From contig OZ024745.1 of assembly GCA_964016885.1 (NCBI GenBank), forward strand, positions 30,566,001 to 30,630,000: 64,000 bases of DNA, in the 5' to 3' direction. Below are positions 57,251 to 64,000 of the stretch, piece after piece. A program made the translations under genes and the position numbers. Positions within the stretch are counted from its first letter, which is position 1, and the number at the start of each line of letters is the position of its first letter. The stretch comes from Eledone cirrhosa (taxonomy: Eukaryota). The notes under the pieces were generated by a model, which made no database searches, had not been told where the DNA came from, and was given only the letters and a program-made list of their open reading frames with translations.

Positions 57251-60200
57251 ACCTCAACAAACAAAGGGTGACAATTCATAGATGTGACATCTGTGTATGA
57301 AGAACAACACTTTAACCTCAACAAAGGCGACAATTCATAGATGTGACATCTGTGTATGAAGAACAACACTTTAACCTCAACAAAGGGTGACAATTCATAG
57401 ATGTGACATCTGTGTATGAAGAACAACACTTTAACCTCAAGAAAGGTGACAATTCATAGATGTGACATCTGTGTATGAAGAACAACACTTTAACCTCAAC
57501 AAAGGTGACAATTCATAGATGTGACATCTGTGTATGAAGAACAACACTTTAACCTCAACAAAGAGTGACAATTCATAGATGTGACATCTGTGTATGAAGA
57601 ACAACACTTTAACCCCAACAAAGGGTGACAATTCACAGATGTGGCATCTGTGTATGAAGAACAACACTTTAACCTCAACAAAGGGTGACAATTCATAGAT
57701 GTGACATCTGTGTATGAAGAACAACACTTTAACCTCAACAAAGAGTGACAATTCATAGATGTGACATCTGTGTATGAAGAACAACACTTTAACCTCAACA
57801 AAGGGTGACAATTCATAGATGTGACATCTGTGTATGAAGAACAACACTTTAACTTCAACAAAGGTGACAATTCATAGATGTGACATCTGTGTATGAAGAA
57901 CAACACTTTAACCTTAACAAACAAAGGGTGACAATTCATAGATGTGACATCTGAGTATGAAGAACAACACTTTAACCTCAACAAAGGGTGACAATTCATA
58001 GATGTGACATCTGTGTATGAAGAACAACACTTTAACTTCAACAAAGGTGACAATTCATAGATGTGACATCTGTGTATGAAGAACAACACTTGAACCTCAA
58101 TAAACAAAGGGTGACAATTCATAGATGTGACATCTGTGTATGAAGAACAACACTTTAACCTCAACAAAGGGTGACAATTCATAGATGTGACATCTTTGTA
58201 TGAAGAACAACACTTTAACCTCAACAAACAAAGGGTGACAATTCATAGATGTGACATCTGTGTATGAAGAACAACACTTTAACCTCAACAAAGGGCGACA
58301 ATTCATAGATGTGACATCTGTGTATGAAGAACAACACTTTAACCTCAACAAAGGGTGACAATTCATAGATGTGACATCTGTGTATGAAGAACAACACTTG
58401 AACCTCAACAAACAAAGGGTGACAATTCATAGATGTGACATCTGTGTATGAATAACAACATTTTAACCTCAACAAAGGACGACAATTCATAGATGTGACA
58501 TCTGTGTATAAAGAACAACACTTTAACCTCAACAAAGGGTGACAATTCATAGATGTGACATCTGTGTATGAAGAACAACACTTTAACCTCAACAAAGGGC
58601 GACAATTCATAGATGTGACATCTGTGTATGAAGAACAACACTTTAACCTTAACAAACAAAGGGAGACAATCCATAGATGTGACATCTGTGTATGAAGAAC
58701 AACACTTTAACCTCAACAAAGGGCGACAATTCATAGATGTGACATCTGTGTATGAAGAACAACACTTGAACCTCAACAAACAAAGGGTGACAATTCATAG
58801 ATGTGACATCTGTGTATGAAGAACAACACTTTAACCTCAACAAAGGGTGACAATTCATAGATGTGACATCTTTGTATGAAGAACAACACTTTAACCTCAA
58901 CAAACAAAGGGTGACAATTCATAGATGTGACATCTGTGTATGAAGAACAACACTTTAACCTCAACAAAGGGCGACAATTCATAGATGTGACATCTGTGTA
59001 TGAAGAACAACACTTTAACCTCAACAAAGGGTGACAATTCATAGATGTGACATCTGTGTATGAAGAACAACACTTTAACCTCAACAAAGGGTGACAATTC
59101 ATAGATGTGACATCTGTGTATGAAGAACAACAGTTTAACCTTAACAACCAAAGGGTGACAATTCATAGATGTGACATCTGTGTATGAAGAACAACACTTT
59201 AACCTCAACAAAGGGTGACAATTCATAGATGTGACATCTGAGTATGAAGAACAACACTTTAACCTTAACAAACAAAGGGTGACAATTCATAGATGTGACA
59301 TCTATGTATGAAGAACAACACTTTAACCTAAACAAAGGGCGACAATTCATAGATGTGACATCTGTGTATGAAGAACGACACTTTAACCTCAACAAAGGGT
59401 GACAATTCATAGATGTGACATCTGTGTAAGAAGAACAACACTTTAACCTTAACAAAGGGTGACAATTCATAGATGTGACATCTGTGTATGAAGAGCAACA
59501 CGTTAACCTCAACAAAGGGTGACAATTCATATATGTGACATCTGTGTATGAAGAACAACACTTTAACCTCAACAAAGGGTGACAATTCATAGATGTGACA
59601 TCTGTGTATGAAGAACAACACTTTAACCTCAACAAAGGGCGACAATTCATAGATGTGACAACTGTGTATGAAGAACAACACTTGAACCTCAACAAACAAA
59701 GGGTGACAATTCATAGATGTGACATCTGTGTATGAAGAACAACACTTTAACCTCAACAAAGGGTGACAATTCATAGATGTGACATCTGAGTATGAAGAAC
59801 AACACTTTAACCTCAACAAAGGGTGACAATTCATAGATGTGACATCTGTGTATGAAGAACAACACTTTAACCTCAACAAACAAAGGGTGACAATTCATAG
59901 ATGTGACATCTGTGTATGAAGAACAACACTTTAACCTCAACAAAGGCGACAATTCATAGATGTGACATCTGTGTATGAAGAACAACACTTTAACCTCAAC
60001 AAAGGGTGACAATTCATAGATGTGACATCTGTGTATGAAGAACAACACTTTAACCTCAAGAAAGGTGACAATTCATAGATGTGACATCTGTGTATGAAGA
60101 ACAACACTTTAACCTCAACAAAGGTGACAATTCATAGATGTGACATCTGTGTATGAAGAACAACACTTTAACCTCAACAAAGAGTGACAATTCATAGATG

Positions 60201-63200
60201 TGACATCTGTGTATGAAGAACAACACTTTAACCCCAACAAAGGGTGACAATTCACAGATGTGGCATCTGTGTATGAAGAACAACACTTTAACCTCAACAA
60301 AGGGTGACAATTCATAGATGTGACATCTGTGTATGAAGAACAACACTTTAACCTCAACAAAGAGTGACAATTCATAGATGTGACATCTGTGTATGAAGAA
60401 CAACACTTTAACCTCAACAAAGGGTGACAATTCATAGATGTGACATCTGTGTATGAAGAACAACACTTTAACTTCAACAAAGGTGACAATTCATAGATGT
60501 GACATCTGTGTATGAAGAACAACACTTTAACCTTAACAAACAAAGGGTGACAATTCATAGATGTGACATCTGAGTATGAAGAACAACACTTTAACCTCAA
60601 CAAAGGGTGACAATTCATAGATGTGACATCTGTGTATGAAGAACAACACTTTAACCTCAACAAAGAGTGACAATTCATAGATGTGACATCTGTGTATGAA
60701 GAACAACACTTTAACCTCAACAAAGGGCGACAATTCATAGATGTGACATCTGTGTATGAAGAACAACACTTTAACCTCAACAAAGGGCGACAATTCATAG
60801 ATGTGACATCTGTGTATAAAGAACAACACTTTAACCTCAACAAAGGGTGACAATTCATAGATGTGACATCTGTGTATGAAGAACAACACTTTAACCTCAA
60901 CAAAGGGCGACAATTCATAGATGTGACATCTGTGTATGAAGAACAACACTTTAACCTTAACAAACAAAGGGAGACAATCCATAGATGTGACATCTGTGTA
61001 TGAAGAACAACACTTTAACCTCAACAAAGGGCGACAATTCATAGATGTGACATCTGTGTATGAAGAACAACACTTGAACCTCAACAAACAAAGGGTGACA
61101 ATTCATAGATGTGACATCTGTGTATGAAGAACAACACTTTAACCTCAACAAAGGGTGACAATTCATAGATGTGACATCTTTGTATGAAGAACAACACTTT
61201 AACCTCAACAAACAAAGGGTGACAATTCATAGATGTGACATCTGTGTATGAAGAACAACACTTTAACCTCAACAAAGGGCGACAATTCATAGATGTGACA
61301 TCTGTGTATGAAGAACAACACTTTAACCTCAACAAAGGGTGACAATTCATAGATGTGACATCTGTGTATGAAGAACAACACTTGAACCTCAACAAACAAA
61401 GGGTGACAATTCATAGATGTGACATCTGTGTATGAAGAACAACACTTTAACCTCAACAAAGGGCGACAATTCATAGATGTGACATCTGTGTATAAAGAAC
61501 AACACTTTAACCTCAACAAAGGGTGACAATTCATAGATGTGACATCTGAGTATGAAGAACAACACTTTAACCTCAACAAAGGGTGACAATTCATAGATGT
61601 GACATCTGTGTATGAAGAACAACACTTTAACCTCAACAAACAAAGGGTGACAATTCATAGATGTGACATCTGTGTATGAAGAACAACACTTTAACCTCAA
61701 CAAAGGCGACAATTCATAGATGTGACATCTGTGTATGAAGAACAACACTTTAACCTCAACAAAGGGTGACAATTCATAGATGTGACATCTGTGTATGAAG
61801 AACAACACTTTAACCTCAAGAAAGGTGACAATTCATAGATGTGACATCTGTGTATGAAGAACAACACTTTAACCTCAACAAAGGTGACAATTCATAGATG
61901 TGACATCTGTGTATGAAGAACAACACTTTAACCTCAACAAAGAGTGACAATTCATAGATGTGACATCTGTGTATGAAGAACAACACTTTAACCCCAACAA
62001 AGGGTGACAATTCACAGATGTGGCATCTGTGTATGAAGAACAACACTTTAACCTCAACAAAGGGTGACAATTCATAGATGTGACATCTGTGTATGAAGAA
62101 CAACACTTTAACCTCAACAAAGAGTGACAATTCATAGATGTGACATCTGTGTATGAAGAACAACACTTTAACCTCAACAAAGGGTGACAATTCATAGATG
62201 TGACATCTGTGTATGAAGAACAACACTTTAACTTCAACAAAGGTGACAATTCATAGATGTGACATCTGTGTATGAAGAACAACACTTTAACCTTAACAAA
62301 CAAAGGGTGACAATTCATAGATGTGACATCTGAGTATGAAGAACAACACTTTAACCTCAACAAAGGGTGACAATTCATAGATGTGACATCTGTGTATGAA
62401 GAACAACACTTTAACCTCAACAAAGAGTGACAATTCATAGATGTGACATCTGTGTATGAAGAACAACACTTTAACCTCAACAAAGGGCGACAATTCATAG
62501 ATGTGACATCTGTGTATGAAGAACAACACTTTAACCTCAACAAAGGGCGACAATTCATAGATGTGACATCTGTGTATAAAGAACAATACTTTAACCTCAA
62601 CAAAGGGTGACAATTCATAGATGTGACATCTGTGTATGAAGAACAACACTTTAACCTCAACAAAGGGCGACAATTCATAGATGTGACATCTGTGTATGAA
62701 GAACAACACTTTAACCTTAACAAACAAAGGGAGACAATCCATAGATGTGACATCTGTGTATGAAGAACAACACTTTAACCTCAACAAAGGGCGACAATTC
62801 ATAGATGTGACATCTGTGTATGAAGAACAACACTTGAACCTCAACAAACAAAGGGTGACAATTCATAGATGTGACATCTGTGTATGAAGAACAACACTTT
62901 AACCTCAACAAAGGGTGACAATTCATAGATGTGACATCTTTGTATGAAGAACAACACTTTAACCTCAACAAACAAAGGGTGACAATTCATAGATGTGACA
63001 TCTGTGTATGAAGAACAACACTTTAACCTCAACAAAGGGCGACAATTCATAGATGTGACATCTGTGTATGAAGAACAACACTTTAACCTCAACAAAGGGT
63101 GACAATTCATAGATGTGACATCTGTGTATGAAGAACAACACTTGAACCTCAACAAACAAAGGGTGACAATTCATAGATGTGACATCTGTGTATGAAGAAC

Positions 63201-64000
63201 AACACTTTAACCTCAACAAAGGGCGACAATTCATAGATGTGACATCTGTGTATAAAGAACAACACTTTAACCTCAACAAAGGGTGACAATTCATAGATGT
63301 GACATCTGTGTATGAAGAACAACACTTTAACCTCAACAAAGGGCGACAATTCATAGATGTGACATCTGTGTATGAAGAACAACACTTTAACCTTAACAAA
63401 CAAAGGGAGACAATCCATAGATGTGACATCTGTGTATGAAGAACAACACTTTAACCTCAACAAAGGGCGACAATTCATAGATGTGACATCTGTGTATGAA
63501 GAACAACACTTGAACCTCAACAAACAAAGGGTGACAATTCATAGATGTGACATCTGTGTATGAAGAACAACACTTTAACCTCAACAAAGGGTGACAATTC
63601 ATAGATGTGACATCTTTGTATGAAGAACAACACTTTAACCTCAACAAACAAAGGGTGACAATTCATAGATGTGACATCTGTGTATGAAGAACAACACTTT
63701 AACCTCAACAAAGGGCGACAATTCATAGATGTGACATCTGTGTATGAAGAACAACACTTTAACCTCAACAAAGGGTGACAATTCATAGATGTGACATCTG
63801 TGTATGAAGAACAACACTTTAACTCCAACAAAGGGTGACAATTCACAGATGTGACATCTGTGTATGAAGAACAACACTTTAACCTCAACAAAGGGTGACA
63901 ATTCATAGATGTGACATCTGTGTATGAAGAACAACACTTTAACCTCAACAAAGAGTGACAATTCATAGATGTGACATCTGTGTATGAAGAACAACACTTT
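57250..64000. repeat. Deleted or rearranged derivatives of the 2,859-bp HOR (marker spacings 2,432, 2,619 and 1,760 bp)
   Basis: The same marker cassette (136-aa pseudo-ORF) recurs at 57437, 60056 and 61816. The 676-bp sub-repeat recurs at 62696/63372. Region 59141-61205 matches 48372-50436 at +10769. Confidence 0.85.

Larger units (their letters stand above)
1..64000. repeat. Tandem satellite DNA array, 60-bp monomer (frequent 64-bp variant), ~1,050 copies, single orientation, truncated by both window edges
   Basis: Every line consists of the unit CACTTTAACCTCAACAAAGGGTGACAATTCATAGATGTGACATCTGTGTATGAAGAACAA, usually with 0-3 differences. The 60-nt rows stay in register over long runs (e.g. 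12241-14040) and shift only at +4, -1, +1, -6 or -3 indels. I saw no unique sequence. Copy number is estimated as 64000 divided by ~61. Confidence 0.99.

Noticed and set aside
345-63563. Short plus-strand ORFs (MTSVYEEQHFNLNKGRQFIDV...)
   Set aside because: They arise only where consecutive monomers carry TGA>CGA or similar variants that remove the consensus stop. They are a by-product of the T22/C polymorphism.
131-63997. Hundreds of minus-strand ORFs encoding 20-aa repeats (LLRLKCCSSYTDVTSMNCHP and FVEVKVLFFIHRCHIYELSP), up to 644 aa
   Set aside because: They follow from a 60-bp unit lacking stops in two frames. The two frames overlap throughout, +4, -1 and +1 indels switch frames every few monomers, nonsense variants occur freely, and there is no unique N- or C-terminal domain or synonymous bias.
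1-64000. CRISPR-array-like appearance (palindromic element repeating every 60-64 bp)
   Set aside because: The sequence between palindromes is near-identical in every unit, so there are no unique spacers. There is also no leader and no cas gene.
1-64000. Whole array as a sequencing or rolling-circle amplification artefact
   Set aside because: Specific variants recur in ordered, nested, region-restricted patterns, which random error on a single template would not produce. Individual duplications could still be misassembled.
1-64000. Telomeric repeat, tRNA/5S/snRNA tandem gene cluster, or encoded frameshift-switch system
   Set aside because: There are no G-rich telomeric motif runs, no cloverleaf or pol III A/B boxes that I can recognise, and the unit is too short for 5S. 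Nothing indicates expression that would make the 60/64-bp frame switching meaningful.

Overview
The whole 64-kb window is one uninterrupted, head-to-tail satellite DNA array of about 1,050 monomers, all in the same orientation. It runs off both ends. The consensus monomer is 60 bp, CACTTTAACCTCAACAAAGGGTGACAATTCATAGATGTGACATCTGTGTATGAAGAACAA (22/60 GC, no CpG). A frequent 64-bp variant carries a duplicated ACAA, and rarer 59-, 61-, 54- and ~56-bp variants also occur. Each monomer has a dyad core, AGATGT-G-ACATCT, inside a 19-bp quasi-palindrome. Shared variants reveal nested higher-order repeats (HORs) and duplications with offsets from 428 bp to 10,769 bp, and the array splits into regional sub-family domains. 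I find no credible gene, RNA gene, transposon or CRISPR array. All ORFs in the track are translations of the monomer, since two minus-strand frames happen to lack stops. The organisation is typical of eukaryotic centromeric, pericentromeric or heterochromatic satellite, but I do not recognise the family and cannot determine the organism or function from the sequence. I cannot support a new protein-coding system here; the points of interest are the array architecture and the palindromic core.
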